A stretch of DNA of 64,000 nucleotides from Candidatus Omnitrophota bacterium (GCA_029261065.1 JAJDCB010000030.1:132876-196875); one strand, 5' to 3'. Shown: positions 47,864 to 57,892, numbered from the stretch's first letter. Notes: a model not told the origin generated them from the sequence alone. Made by a program: numbers and translations.

Positions 47864-47898
47864 AGGAATTCATGTTTTGTAAAGAGGAGAATAATTAT

Positions 47899-49125
47899 AT
47901 GAATAAGAAAATGATGTTGATATGCCTTATGTGTGCTTTTGTAGGCTGTTTCTTTAATACGAATTATATTCATGCCGCTGATGATCCTTACTTAAATGAT
48001 TTAAGGATAAGAGATCAATATAAAGAAAACATTCATAATCTTTTTGTGCAGGGAGATTTTAATCAGCTCGAACAAATTATGAAGCAAGCCAAAGAACTCA
48101 ATGACAGGTTTGCATCCGGTAGTTTTAAGCTTGATTATTTTTATAGAGGGATCGCATTGAATATTGACGATTTTTATATTGAAGATTTTGATGAACCTAT
48201 TGCTTTGTTAAAAGAATGGATTGAGGAATTCCCAAACTCTGTGACTCCGAAAATTGCGTTGAGTCATATGTATAGGAATCTTGCCTGGAAGCATCGAGGT
48301 TCAACTGTCTCAGCGGATGTCACGGAGAGTGGGTATGATAATTTTAATACTATTTTAGGACAATCAGAAGATCTGCTTAAGGAAGCTCAAAAATTAGATG
48401 ACAAAGATCCAGCTCTTTACGTTGTTTGGATAGGAGTCAATACAGGCTTGGGTGGTTTAAATGCTAAGGACAATGTCTATGACTTAGTTAAAAAGACGAT
48501 GGCAATCGATTCACAATATTACATGTCCTATATTTATGCGTCCACGACACTGTTGCCTCGTTGGCATGGTGATAAAGGGGAGGTAGAAACCTTTGCAGCC
48601 TCCATTGCGGATCAAACCAGTGATGAGATGTATATGCGTATAGCGGTTGCTGTTAGAGAATATACGGGCGAAGATGGTTTTTTAAAATTTAATTTTGATT
48701 GGAAGCGAGTTCATAACGGGTTTAAGGAAGTGCATTCGCAGTATAAAAGTTTGTATTACTTAAACAATTATGCCTGGTATTCCGCTTACGAGAAAGATCA
48801 AGATTTAGCAAAGAGTTTGTTTGCCGTGATTGGCGATAAATGGGACAGCGATGCCCAAAAGTTATGGAAAAGTAAAAAACGATTTGCTGCCTATAAACAC
48901 TGGGCCTCAACAGGTCAAGATTATCCAAAGAAAGAGGTTACGACCAAGAACGGCAAGTACGAAGGTATTTATGAAACGTATGACGATAAAACAAAAAAAA
49001 CAACCATGTGGTTGTATGAAGATGGCAAGTTAAATGGAAATACAAAAGCCTATAATGAAGATGGTTCGATTTATGGATCTTGGATGTATAAAGATGGAGT
49101 ATATGTGGGGCAAGGGCCGTACTAA
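47899..49125 (+). CDS. Exported DUF4034-like protein with C-terminal MORN-2-like repeats
   Basis: DFNQLE, W....P.S..P.IA.....LAWKHRG, LPRWHG; tail KNGKYEG...YEDGKLNG...YNEDG...YKDGVYVG. Start ATG 47899 (GAGGAG RBS). Confidence 0.72.
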   Translation: MNKKMMLICLMCAFVGCFFNTNYIHAADDPYLNDLRIRDQYKENIHNLFVQGDFNQLEQIMKQAKELNDRFASGSFKLDYFYRGIALNIDDFYIEDFDEPIALLKEWIEEFPNSVTPKIALSHMYRNLAWKHRGSTVSADVTESGYDNFNTILGQSEDLLKEAQKLDDKDPALYVVWIGVNTGLGGLNAKDNVYDLVKKTMAIDSQYYMSYIYASTTLLPRWHGDKGEVETFAASIADQTSDEMYMRIAVAVREYTGEDGFLKFNFDWKRVHNGFKEVHSQYKSLYYLNNYAWYSAYEKDQDLAKSLFAVIGDKWDSDAQKLWKSKKRFAAYKHWASTGQDYPKKEVTTKNGKYEGIYETYDDKTKKTTMWLYEDGKLNGNTKAYNEDGSIYGSWMYKDGVYVGQGPY

Positions 49126-49145
49126 GAAAGTAATATTATTTTATT

Positions 49146-52100
49146 ATGAATAAAAATTTTTTATTAACTGTAATCATGTTTATTGGCATCACGTGTTTGT
49201 TGCAACCTGATTTATGCGCGCAGGATGCTCAACAGAAGATTGCGGTTATTAACATTCCACAATCTGATGTCACAACCATGACTGTCGGTCCGTTGGTCGC
49301 GAAGCGGGGGGATCAGGCTTGGTTGAGTAAGGCGATTGCGGATCTTTTGATTAAGAATTTATCTGAGGTGCAGTCTCTTGTGATTCTTGAGCGTGAGCGG
49401 ATGCAGGCCTTTTCGGATGAGGTGGGGTTAACGGATTCGGCGTTATTCAATCAAGAAAAAGCGTTGCGGGTTGGACGTGTGGCCCGTGTGGATCAGGTTG
49501 TTTATGGGAGTTATGAGTTAAAGGGTGGCATAATTACGGTATCCATTTTTTTGATGGATTTGGAAACTCAAAATATTGTACTGACAGATCAGATTTCAGG
49601 TTCTTATGATCAACTGCGTTCTTTGATGAAACAATTGGTATTTCGGTTTCTTCAAGAGAAGCAGGTGGTGTTAAGTGAGGTGGAGAAGAAAAATATTCAG
49701 TTTCAAGTGACGGATTCCATTACAGCCACGGAGTATTTTTATCGCGGAGTTGACTCTTATGATCAAGGACAATACCCCGAAGCCTTTGGAAAATTCCTAA
49801 AAGCTTCTCATCAAGATTCAAGTTATGTTGAAGCATTACTTTGGGTAGGACGAATGTTTGAGGCGCAAGGATTTTATAATCATGCAGTGATTGCGTATCA
49901 AAAACTCTATGATTCTTATCCGCAAAGTGTTGAAGGGCGTGATGCGTTATTGTTCGCGGGGAAGGTCTTGGAATTTAAGCTGGAAGATTTTAAACGCGCG
50001 GTGGATACCTACCGTAGTCTAACAGCCATCAAACCCGTTAATCCCCACAGTTTGTATGCATCATTTCGATTAGGCCATGTGTTACAAAAGCAGGGAGATG
50101 CATTAGAAGCCTATCATCATTTTCAAAAGATTGATGATTTTCGTGAGAGCTGGAATAAAGGTTCTGCCCGTATTTTAAAGAATAATCAACGCACATCACG
50201 TTTTGTCAGTTGGCGAGAAGTGTTAGCTCTTTATAAAGAATCTATTGTGTCTATGATTTCCGTTTACAAAAATCTTTTGAATCAAAATCAACTTGAAAAT
50301 ATTCCAAAACCACCTCGAGGTGTGATCGTTTTAGATGCGGATAATCCAGTATTTGAAGAAAACGTTTTTGATCACACGCCTTCTTTATTTCCTAATGAAC
50401 AGGACCGTGCAACTTGGAGGGAAAGAATTTATGTTGTGATTGTTCCAAAAGGGAGGAGAGCCGTGGGAGTTGACTTTAGTATTACAGGCCAAATTCAGGC
50501 GATGAACCCAGGTTATGATTATACAATGCGTATTCTTCCCTTTCCATTACCAAGAGATTTTGATCGTTATTGGTATGGTGTCATCTTTGGTCAAACAAGA
50601 GAGAAAACAACATTGCGAAAATCTGTTTCGTTTTTTGGGGATCAATTGGATGTGTTTGCCATTCAATTGATAGAAAATCCGTCCAAGATTTTTGATTGGA
50701 GGTTAAAAGCCAAATTAATTAATGAGAGTGATGTCGATGATGATACAGAGGTTGTCGAAGTTGTAGAAAAAGAGGAGTTCTGGGAAGGCAAGCCGTTGGC
50801 GCAAATTCCTTTGCAAGGAAATAAATTGGCAGGAGCCACCCGTTTGTTGCAACAGGCGTGGTATCAGTCGAAGAAGGAATTGGATATCTTGTATGATCCA
50901 GCAAGTGGTTATCATTTGGTTGTGACGCAAGGTGAGATTGATGGGGAACAAATAGATTTGTGGTATGCACATAGTCAAGACGGAGTGGTGTGGTCGGATT
51001 TAGAGAGACTTGATATTAATTCTTCGAGTGAAGAATTTAATCCTCGCCTATTACGCGCAGAGGATGGGCGTATTCATTTGGCATGGAATTCAAACAGACA
51101 AGGAAATGGGTGGGAGTTGTGGATGAGTTCATTGAACGATAATAAAACGTGGGCAAGTCCTCATCGCATTGCATTAGAAAAGATTGCGGAGTCTGGTATG
51201 GAGAAAAGAAGATCGAGCATGATGTATGATCTTCTAGATTATGATCTCCTTCAAGATATCCGTGGTCAATGGATTTTGGCTTATTATTCGTATGATGCGC
51301 ATGCCATGGTGTTGTTAAAATCTTTAGATACCAAAGATTGGAGTCATCTAGCTAGCGTGCCTACAAAAGGAGCTTATGGAGCTTCGCTTACTCAGGATAG
51401 TTCTGGCGTTTACCGTTTAGGTTTTGTTGGTCATGGCGGAAAAATTTATCTTTTAAGTTCCAATGATGCCATTGATTGGCATACGCGTCCGATTAAAATT
51501 AGTTTTTGGAATCAGTCATTTTCTCCTACCCCTACCATTCATCGCATGCGTTTGTTTCCTTTGGAAATAGGAAATCTGTTGATGTTAATTTCCGATAATC
51601 AATACGGTTTGCAATTTGCTCGTTTTCAAGCAGACACCGAAGACCCTGTTTTAGACTTAGTTAGTCGTGTTGGTCTTCAACCTTATGGCGTAGCACGCAT
51701 GGGTCCTAACAATTATTTAGTTGCCATAAAAGAAGATGAAGAAATCATTTTGAAACAATACAAAAAGTTTAATGTTAGTGGGAAGGAAATTAAAAAAGAT
51801 ACGCGCAATTGGCCAATCTATGAGGAGACAGAAAAAGATGCAGAAGGTCATGTTTGGACACGTACGTTTGCCCAAGAGCGACGCCGTGTATCAGATGTGA
51901 CCGCATTGGGTCTTGAAGCAAACGGTCGTTTGTGGTGGGGGATTGAGACGGGGGTTATGTATAAACATGGCCAACACTTTTATGCGACGGATGTTTCTTT
52001 AGGGTTCTTTTATCATTTCGTCACCGATATTACGAGTTGTTCGGATGAACGTGTTTGGTTTTCCTCACATTTTTTAAATAAACCAGAATTAGGTGTTATT

Positions 52101-52787
52101 CAACAAAGACACATTAAACCAAACGGGCGGCCTCGTATTGCAACGGTGATGGTTCCAGAAGTGCGTGGTGCTATTACGGATGTCACGTGTGGCCTAAATG
52201 AAGATCATCTTTATGTAGGGACATCTAAAGGAAACATCGTTGGATTTAATGGCAAAGATATTTTTTGGAATGAGATTTTAGAGCTTGATGATTATGTCAC
52301 GGCGTTAGACTATAACAAAAAGACGAGGGACCTTTGGGTGGGGACAAAATCAAACGGCGTTTATCAATATCATAATGGAAAGCTTAAACAACATTTTTAT
52401 TTAAGATATGGTTTGCCTTCAAACGAAGTCGCTGACCTTGTTGTTGATCAACAAGGAACGGTGTGGGTCGCTCTTTATGGAAATGGTCTTATGCAATATA
52501 AAAAGGGTGAGTGGTATCAATTTACACCGAACAATTCGCATGTGTTGTATTGGTCTATGAATCATTTGGCAGCTGATAGTAAAAAAGGGATTTGGTATTT
52601 GCCACACGATGATGTTAGGTCAAAAGGTTTAGGTTTTTTTGATGGGGCCAAATTTGAGACATATAACCCACCGCATCATATTTTACCAAGCCCGAGTTCC
52701 TTAGTTGTCTCCCCAAAAGGAACGGTGTGGGTTGGAACGTGGTTTGAAGGAGTTTATCAATTAGAAAGGAAAGCAGGCACGCGATGA
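49146..52787 (+). CDS. Large exported protein: CsgG/FlgO-like domain, TPRs, BNR/Asp-box propeller and regulator-type propeller
   Basis: LVILERERMQ...EVGL...KALRVGRVARVDQVVYGSY; TPR helices; Asp-box-like SQDGVVW, SLDTKDW, SNDAIDW; GLPSNEVADLVVDQQGTVWVA. Confidence 0.72.
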   Translation: MNKNFLLTVIMFIGITCLLQPDLCAQDAQQKIAVINIPQSDVTTMTVGPLVAKRGDQAWLSKAIADLLIKNLSEVQSLVILERERMQAFSDEVGLTDSALFNQEKALRVGRVARVDQVVYGSYELKGGIITVSIFLMDLETQNIVLTDQISGSYDQLRSLMKQLVFRFLQEKQVVLSEVEKKNIQFQVTDSITATEYFYRGVDSYDQGQYPEAFGKFLKASHQDSSYVEALLWVGRMFEAQGFYNHAVIAYQKLYDSYPQSVEGRDALLFAGKVLEFKLEDFKRAVDTYRSLTAIKPVNPHSLYASFRLGHVLQKQGDALEAYHHFQKIDDFRESWNKGSARILKNNQRTSRFVSWREVLALYKESIVSMISVYKNLLNQNQLENIPKPPRGVIVLDADNPVFEENVFDHTPSLFPNEQDRATWRERIYVVIVPKGRRAVGVDFSITGQIQAMNPGYDYTMRILPFPLPRDFDRYWYGVIFGQTREKTTLRKSVSFFGDQLDVFAIQLIENPSKIFDWRLKAKLINESDVDDDTEVVEVVEKEEFWEGKPLAQIPLQGNKLAGATRLLQQAWYQSKKELDILYDPASGYHLVVTQGEIDGEQIDLWYAHSQDGVVWSDLERLDINSSSEEFNPRLLRAEDGRIHLAWNSNRQGNGWELWMSSLNDNKTWASPHRIALEKIAESGMEKRRSSMMYDLLDYDLLQDIRGQWILAYYSYDAHAMVLLKSLDTKDWSHLASVPTKGAYGASLTQDSSGVYRLGFVGHGGKIYLLSSNDAIDWHTRPIKISFWNQSFSPTPTIHRMRLFPLEIGNLLMLISDNQYGLQFARFQADTEDPVLDLVSRVGLQPYGVARMGPNNYLVAIKEDEEIILKQYKKFNVSGKEIKKDTRNWPIYEETEKDAEGHVWTRTFAQERRRVSDVTALGLEANGRLWWGIETGVMYKHGQHFYATDVSLGFFYHFVTDITSCSDERVWFSSHFLNKPELGVIQQRHIKPNGRPRIATVMVPEVRGAITDVTCGLNEDHLYVGTSKGNIVGFNGKDIFWNEILELDDYVTALDYNKKTRDLWVGTKSNGVYQYHNGKLKQHFYLRYGLPSNEVADLVVDQQGTVWVALYGNGLMQYKKGEWYQFTPNNSHVLYWSMNHLAADSKKGIWYLPHDDVRSKGLGFFDGAKFETYNPPHHILPSPSSLVVSPKGTVWVGTWFEGVYQLERKAGTR

Positions 52788-53602
52788 GAAAGTTTATTTT
52801 TATGATAGGCGTGTTGGCGTTGTTGATACCAACACAAGGTTTAGCGGATAGTAAAGAGAAGCCCGTGATTGTGATTATTCCTTTTGAGAATGCGACAGGA
52901 AAAGAGGCGTATGAATCTCTATCGACAGGCCTGCCTGATTTGTTAACTGCTTTTCTTTCTCCCTATGATGAGAGGGTAACGATCATTGATCGAGGTTTAT
53001 TAGAATCGGTCTTCTCAGAGAAAAGTTTATCATGGGAAGGTTTTACCAGCGAGAAATCTTGGACGCAGTTAGGTCAGTTATCTCAAGCCGATTATATTTT
53101 ACGGGGAAGCGTGTTATTTTCAGATAATAAATTTACGATTAATGCATCACTTTATGAGCTCGAGTCCACACAGTTGTTAAAAGCATTTGAAAGTTATGGG
53201 AGCTCAAAAAATTTATCTCATCTTGTTCAAAAGATAACAGTACAATTAGCCGAATATTTAAAAACAGATATCAAATTAATTGAGGATCTCCCCATCGATG
53301 ATAACCCTGAGAAAAGTTTTAATTTTATATCAGGAGTTGGATATTATTACAACGGTCAGTTTGAGTTGGCGTTAACATATTTTATGAAAGTTTTGGAATC
53401 GCATCCTGATGATGAATTAGCACAATATTGGTTGGCTAAAACTTTTCAAGAGGCAGGGATGGTGGATCATGCGCAATTGGAGTTTAGGGTGTTTTTAAAG
53501 AAACATCCTAAGAGTGAAAAATTTTCAGAGGTTAAAGGTTATCTCATTATCCCAAAAGAAGAAAAGGAGAAGGGGCATGAAGAAGTTAAAGTTACCGATT
53601 AA
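52784..53602 (+). CDS. Exported FlgO/TolB_N/CsgG-like domain plus TPR protein
   Basis: IVIIPFENATG...LSTGLPDLL...IIDR...LGQLSQADYILRGSV; C-terminal TPR pair. Confidence 0.75.
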   Translation: MRKFIFMIGVLALLIPTQGLADSKEKPVIVIIPFENATGKEAYESLSTGLPDLLTAFLSPYDERVTIIDRGLLESVFSEKSLSWEGFTSEKSWTQLGQLSQADYILRGSVLFSDNKFTINASLYELESTQLLKAFESYGSSKNLSHLVQKITVQLAEYLKTDIKLIEDLPIDDNPEKSFNFISGVGYYYNGQFELALTYFMKVLESHPDDELAQYWLAKTFQEAGMVDHAQLEFRVFLKKHPKSEKFSEVKGYLIIPKEEKEKGHEEVKVTD

Positions 53603-54236
53603 TTTTGCTTTGCTGGGCTTATTTACAGGAGAAATTTTGATTCTTGGAGCTCTTATATTTGTATCGATATTTGTTAATCCTACTGAAGCATCCTGGCCTC
53701 CTCAAAAGGGAGAAGTTTTTCCTAATGTTGAATTTATTGATCAAAAGGGGAATAAAACATTTATGTCGGAGTTTAAAGGAGATGTTGTGTTGGTCGAGTA
53801 TGTTGGTATGAATTGTCCAGCTTGCCAGGCTTTTTCTGGTGGTAATGATCCAGCCATTGGTCCTTATCAGAATAATGCTTTGCAAAAAGGTCTGCCATCC
53901 ATTGAAAAATTACTTCCTAAGTATTCTGGAGGTGTTGGCCTTTCTGATAAAAGAATTACGTATGTGGCGATACTGCTCTATGACATGTCATTAAAGGATA
54001 CGAATTCTGATGAAGCGGCTCAGTGGGCGAAGCATTTTCGATTTAATCGGGAGGAAAAGGAAGTTGTTCTTGTTCCGGTTAAAGATTTACGCGGCAATGC
54101 CAGTTTTAACTTAATCCCGGGATTTTGTGTGTTAGATAAAAATTTAGTTGTCCGCTCAGAGAGCGCCGGACATCACCCAAAAGAAAATCTTTATACCGAG
54201 ACGTTACCAATGGTGGGGAGGCTGATCAATGAATAG
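53577..54236 (+). CDS. Membrane-anchored or exported thioredoxin-like (AhpC/TSA/SCO-like) protein
   Basis: GEVFPNVEFIDQKG....SEFKGDVVLVEYVGMNCPAC; LIPGFCVLDKN. Start ATG 53577. Confidence 0.72.
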   Translation: MKKLKLPINFALLGLFTGEILILGALIFVSIFVNPTEASWPPQKGEVFPNVEFIDQKGNKTFMSEFKGDVVLVEYVGMNCPACQAFSGGNDPAIGPYQNNALQKGLPSIEKLLPKYSGGVGLSDKRITYVAILLYDMSLKDTNSDEAAQWAKHFRFNREEKEVVLVPVKDLRGNASFNLIPGFCVLDKNLVVRSESAGHHPKENLYTETLPMVGRLINE

Positions 54237-54771
54237 AGTTGTCGTCACAAGTTTTATTTTAATCATTTCGTCATTTGTTGTTTCTTTTAGCAACGCTTGG
54301 GCGTTAAGCGTAGAAGAAGCGTACAGGGCCATTCCTCATCAAAGAACTCTTTTTAATGAAGATAAAGCTAAGATGTCTTTGACAGAGAAAGAATTCTTAG
54401 ATGAATTTTTTGCCCTAACAGACTTAGCTGTTATCCAACGTGTTGAATTGCTTTTATGGACCACAACCCATGGCAAGAAGGGAAAAAATTCAAAGAATTA
54501 CGATAATATCCTCTCGCAATTAGAAGATTTAAATGAGCCAACGAATTTGAGGGAAGTGCATCAATTAATTATTGGCGCCATCAAAGATCAGCAATCTTTT
54601 TATCAAGAGTGGGATAAACAATATAAAAGTCTCCCGTCACACCCAAAAGTTCGTAGCGCTAGTCAGAAATTACGACAAGCCTACAGTATTCTCATGCGAC
54701 TTTATCCACAGGAAGGCCCGCATAATAAGGCTGCCTTATTTGATCATTTGTGTGCGTTGGATTTTTTGTAG
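54229..54771 (+). CDS. Exported alpha-helical hypothetical protein
   Basis: Signal peptide (SNAWA-LS); overlaps the thioredoxin-like gene by 8 nt; ends DHLCALDFL. Confidence 0.7.
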   Translation: MNRVVVTSFILIISSFVVSFSNAWALSVEEAYRAIPHQRTLFNEDKAKMSLTEKEFLDEFFALTDLAVIQRVELLLWTTTHGKKGKNSKNYDNILSQLEDLNEPTNLREVHQLIIGAIKDQQSFYQEWDKQYKSLPSHPKVRSASQKLRQAYSILMRLYPQEGPHNKAALFDHLCALDFL

Positions 54772-54799
54772 GACAATATTATAAAAATCGAAAATAATT

Positions 54800-57700
54800 A
54801 TGTTAATGAAGTATTTTAAATTCAAAATTCCATTCTTTGTTGTGTGTGCCTTATTTTGCATGCAGAACGTATGGATTGCAAACTCAGAAGCGAATTTAGA
54901 TAAGGTCAGAACTGTTGCGATAGTTCCAGGGGTTCTGGATAAAGCTCCTTCCGAGTTGTTATTAGTTAAGATGGAGGAGGCTTTATCGCATTTAGATCAA
55001 GTGCGTTTATTAGAGAGGGCGCAGGTTTATAAGGTTTTAGATGAGCGAGAGCTTAGATTGTCCGGACTTGTCGATGATAATCGGGCGTTGGGTGGGTGGT
55101 TATCGGCGAGTTTGATGGTATTTGTTGAGAAGCTGCCGGATGCCCAAGATGCGGTGATTCGTATCCGTGTCGTTGAAAGTGAGACAGGAATTATTATGAG
55201 TTCGGCATTACACTTAGCTAGCGCGTTAACGCAGGATATTAATGTTGTCATAGAACTGCTACAAAAGGCGATTGATAAAAATAATGTGCCTTTAGAAGAT
55301 AGGGTGTATGTAAGTGTATTAGGGTTTGAGAGTGAAGAGTTAGGAACATCATTAGATGGTCTTGCGCGTGCTTTGACGTTATTTGTAACACATGATTTAG
55401 CGAGTTTGGATAAGGTTATTGTTCTTGAACGGGAGCAGGTAGCACATCTTAATAGTGAACAAGAGTGGATGGGGTTAAATTTGAGGTTAAAGGGTTCGGG
55501 TGTTTTGATAGAGGGGGGTTTAAGTTATTCAGTGGGAAAGAAGGAAGAGGTAAATGTGGATGTCGTACTAAGGCCCACTGGTGGCGGGGACAGGCAACAA
55601 ATGTCTTTAGTGATGAAGCCAAAAGATGTTTCTTTGTTGCGCCAAGGGCTTCTTGACTTTGTTCGTCAGAAATTAGATATACAGTCTTCAAAAGATTTTA
55701 CTGCTAATCCGAAGCAAGAAGGGGCGATGTTTTTATCCCAGATTCCATTTTTGATGTCAATCGGTGACTATGAAACAGCTGTTCAAAATGCAGAGGTGGC
55801 TTATGCGTTATTAGGGAATCAAGAGTCAAGGTATTGGGCTGCGCGAGCCTGGTATCTTTTGGGAAGAACGTTTGCTAAAGATTTTAAAACGACATTGTGG
55901 CACCCTGGTTGGTCTAATGTTGGGTATTCTATAAGTGTCGCCCATATTAAAAGAGAAGATTTTTATGTTAATATCACGAGAGACAGTAGTATATCAAGAT
56001 CTGGTTATTCCTCTGCAAATCCGAATCGAGGTTATGATTTACCAAATGACGATAAGGTTCGCGCCTTGTTAGCTATCAGTCGGTGTTATAACTTTATCCA
56101 TCAGATGCTTCGTGTGCATATAGATCAATTTGCACAAGGCCAGGTAACGGAGATTGAGTTTCCAGATCCTCTCAAATCTAAAATACTACCAACATTGCCT
56201 GTTTATGGAAGGGATGATCGTAAGTTGACATATGAGGTATTGGGCGAATCAGATAGTTTTATGAAATATTACGAACAGATTATTGATATGGAATTAGAGC
56301 AGCATAAAATGTTGAGCACCTTTTACGGTAAACATTACGATCATTCAAAGAAAGCAAAATATTTGTATTGGACATCTTGGATGCGAAGAAAAAATACACT
56401 TAACCGTTATTATGGAAGTAGTGATGAGTATCTTATGGCGTATATGGTCGATGCTGTTAAAAGTTTTATATTGCTTCCTAAGGATGATGATATAAAGTTT
56501 GATGCCTTAAGAAAAATGATCAAACCTCATGGTCGTATTTTAGATAAGCAGAAGAAACTTTATGGGGATTTGCTTCATCATAAAAGCCCTGATGCCCGTA
56601 AAATGGGGAAAATAATGTTTAAGTTGCTTGAGCGCAAAGAAGAATCTCGGGGGACTTGGTCTCAGGGAAAAACGCAGCGTAGTGGTGCAAAGAAAACAAC
56701 AGCTGCTTCTGTTTCAAAGAACAATAAAAGCTTTGGCAAATACAAAATTGATAGTTTTGGTCCTATTGGAAAGCAGGTCTCAATGGAGTCGCTCTATATT
56801 AACTGGAGCAATTCTCTTTTTGGTGAGGGAAAGCCCATCATGAATAATATTTGTATGGATGGAACAGCCCTTTATTATTTTGAAACATTTAAAGTTTCTA
56901 AAACGTCATTCAAAGTTGTTGCCCATAAACATGATTTTTCAAAAAGTAATGATTATCAAAAATTAGGTGAGGCCATTATTAATGTGCGTAAAACAGATCC
57001 AAAAATGATAACGGCATGTGCGGTGGGTAAGGATTATGTTTATGTTGGGACACCTGGGGGATTAATTGTAGTCCCAAAGGTTCCTGATGAAAAATTAAAT
57101 GTTGTTAAAGTTTTTACGGAAGATAATGGGCTTGCTGATAACAGAATTCTATCGTTAGCTTATCATGGCGAAAAAGTTTATATAGGTGTTGGGCCAACGT
57201 TTGCCAATGAATATGGGTGGGTAGGAAAGTCAGGTCTTGTTGAATTCGATCCAAATAATGCTCGATATAAATTAATCGCAACAAACGGCGCGTTTGAAAA
57301 TGTGGATGGACTTAACGGCGGAGGAAATTATCAAATCTCTGCCATATTAACAGATAAGAAGCGCAATTGTCTTTGGTTAGCTGTTACGGCCAATCAAGAT
57401 CGAAGTGGTATTTGGCGTTATGATTTAAACACAAAGGAGATTAGTCTTGTTGCTAAAGAACATTCAGGTATCAAAGCAATGGCGTGGAGCAGAGCGGATA
57501 TTATTTATCCTTTGTATAACGTAGGGTTAGTTCATTTTGATCCAGACACAAAGAAGAAAACATGGCTTGCCTCAAATGTTAATGCTGAATGGCATAAAGC
57601 TTATAATCAAAAAACTCCTCTTGGAGTAACAGGTGAGCCAACATTTGGATTTCATACAGCACGCTTATGGCCCATGGCCTATGATCAAGATTATGTTTTT

Positions 57701-57892
57701 GCCGTAACTCAAAGGGGGAGTATTTTTGAATTATATAGCAAAAAAAATCTTAAAACCAACTCCAATGGCATTAGCCAAAACGCCGTACCCAGACCAAATT
57801 TTCTAACAAACATTAGCCATGTGATTCATAATCCGTTTGGAGTTTGGGTGGTTAATGATAATGCTCAAGTTTATTTGTTGAGGAGGAAATAA
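54800..57892 (+). CDS. Large exported protein: two CsgG/FlgO-like domains, TPR-like helices and a C-terminal beta-propeller
   Basis: VRLLERAQVYKVLDE, VIVLEREQV; AEVAYAL...RYWAARAWY; propeller motifs YVGTPGGL, GLADNRILSL, VYIGVGP...GKSGL. Paralog of 36201-40304. Confidence 0.72.
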   Translation: MLMKYFKFKIPFFVVCALFCMQNVWIANSEANLDKVRTVAIVPGVLDKAPSELLLVKMEEALSHLDQVRLLERAQVYKVLDERELRLSGLVDDNRALGGWLSASLMVFVEKLPDAQDAVIRIRVVESETGIIMSSALHLASALTQDINVVIELLQKAIDKNNVPLEDRVYVSVLGFESEELGTSLDGLARALTLFVTHDLASLDKVIVLEREQVAHLNSEQEWMGLNLRLKGSGVLIEGGLSYSVGKKEEVNVDVVLRPTGGGDRQQMSLVMKPKDVSLLRQGLLDFVRQKLDIQSSKDFTANPKQEGAMFLSQIPFLMSIGDYETAVQNAEVAYALLGNQESRYWAARAWYLLGRTFAKDFKTTLWHPGWSNVGYSISVAHIKREDFYVNITRDSSISRSGYSSANPNRGYDLPNDDKVRALLAISRCYNFIHQMLRVHIDQFAQGQVTEIEFPDPLKSKILPTLPVYGRDDRKLTYEVLGESDSFMKYYEQIIDMELEQHKMLSTFYGKHYDHSKKAKYLYWTSWMRRKNTLNRYYGSSDEYLMAYMVDAVKSFILLPKDDDIKFDALRKMIKPHGRILDKQKKLYGDLLHHKSPDARKMGKIMFKLLERKEESRGTWSQGKTQRSGAKKTTAASVSKNNKSFGKYKIDSFGPIGKQVSMESLYINWSNSLFGEGKPIMNNICMDGTALYYFETFKVSKTSFKVVAHKHDFSKSNDYQKLGEAIINVRKTDPKMITACAVGKDYVYVGTPGGLIVVPKVPDEKLNVVKVFTEDNGLADNRILSLAYHGEKVYIGVGPTFANEYGWVGKSGLVEFDPNNARYKLIATNGAFENVDGLNGGGNYQISAILTDKKRNCLWLAVTANQDRSGIWRYDLNTKEISLVAKEHSGIKAMAWSRADIIYPLYNVGLVHFDPDTKKKTWLASNVNAEWHKAYNQKTPLGVTGEPTFGFHTARLWPMAYDQDYVFAVTQRGSIFELYSKKNLKTNSNGISQNAVPRPNFLTNISHVIHNPFGVWVVNDNAQVYLLRRK

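Noticed and set aside
46829-57892. Curli (type VIII) secretion system
   Set aside because: No curlin-repeat proteins or CsgE/CsgF, and the CsgG-like proteins lack an evident lipobox.
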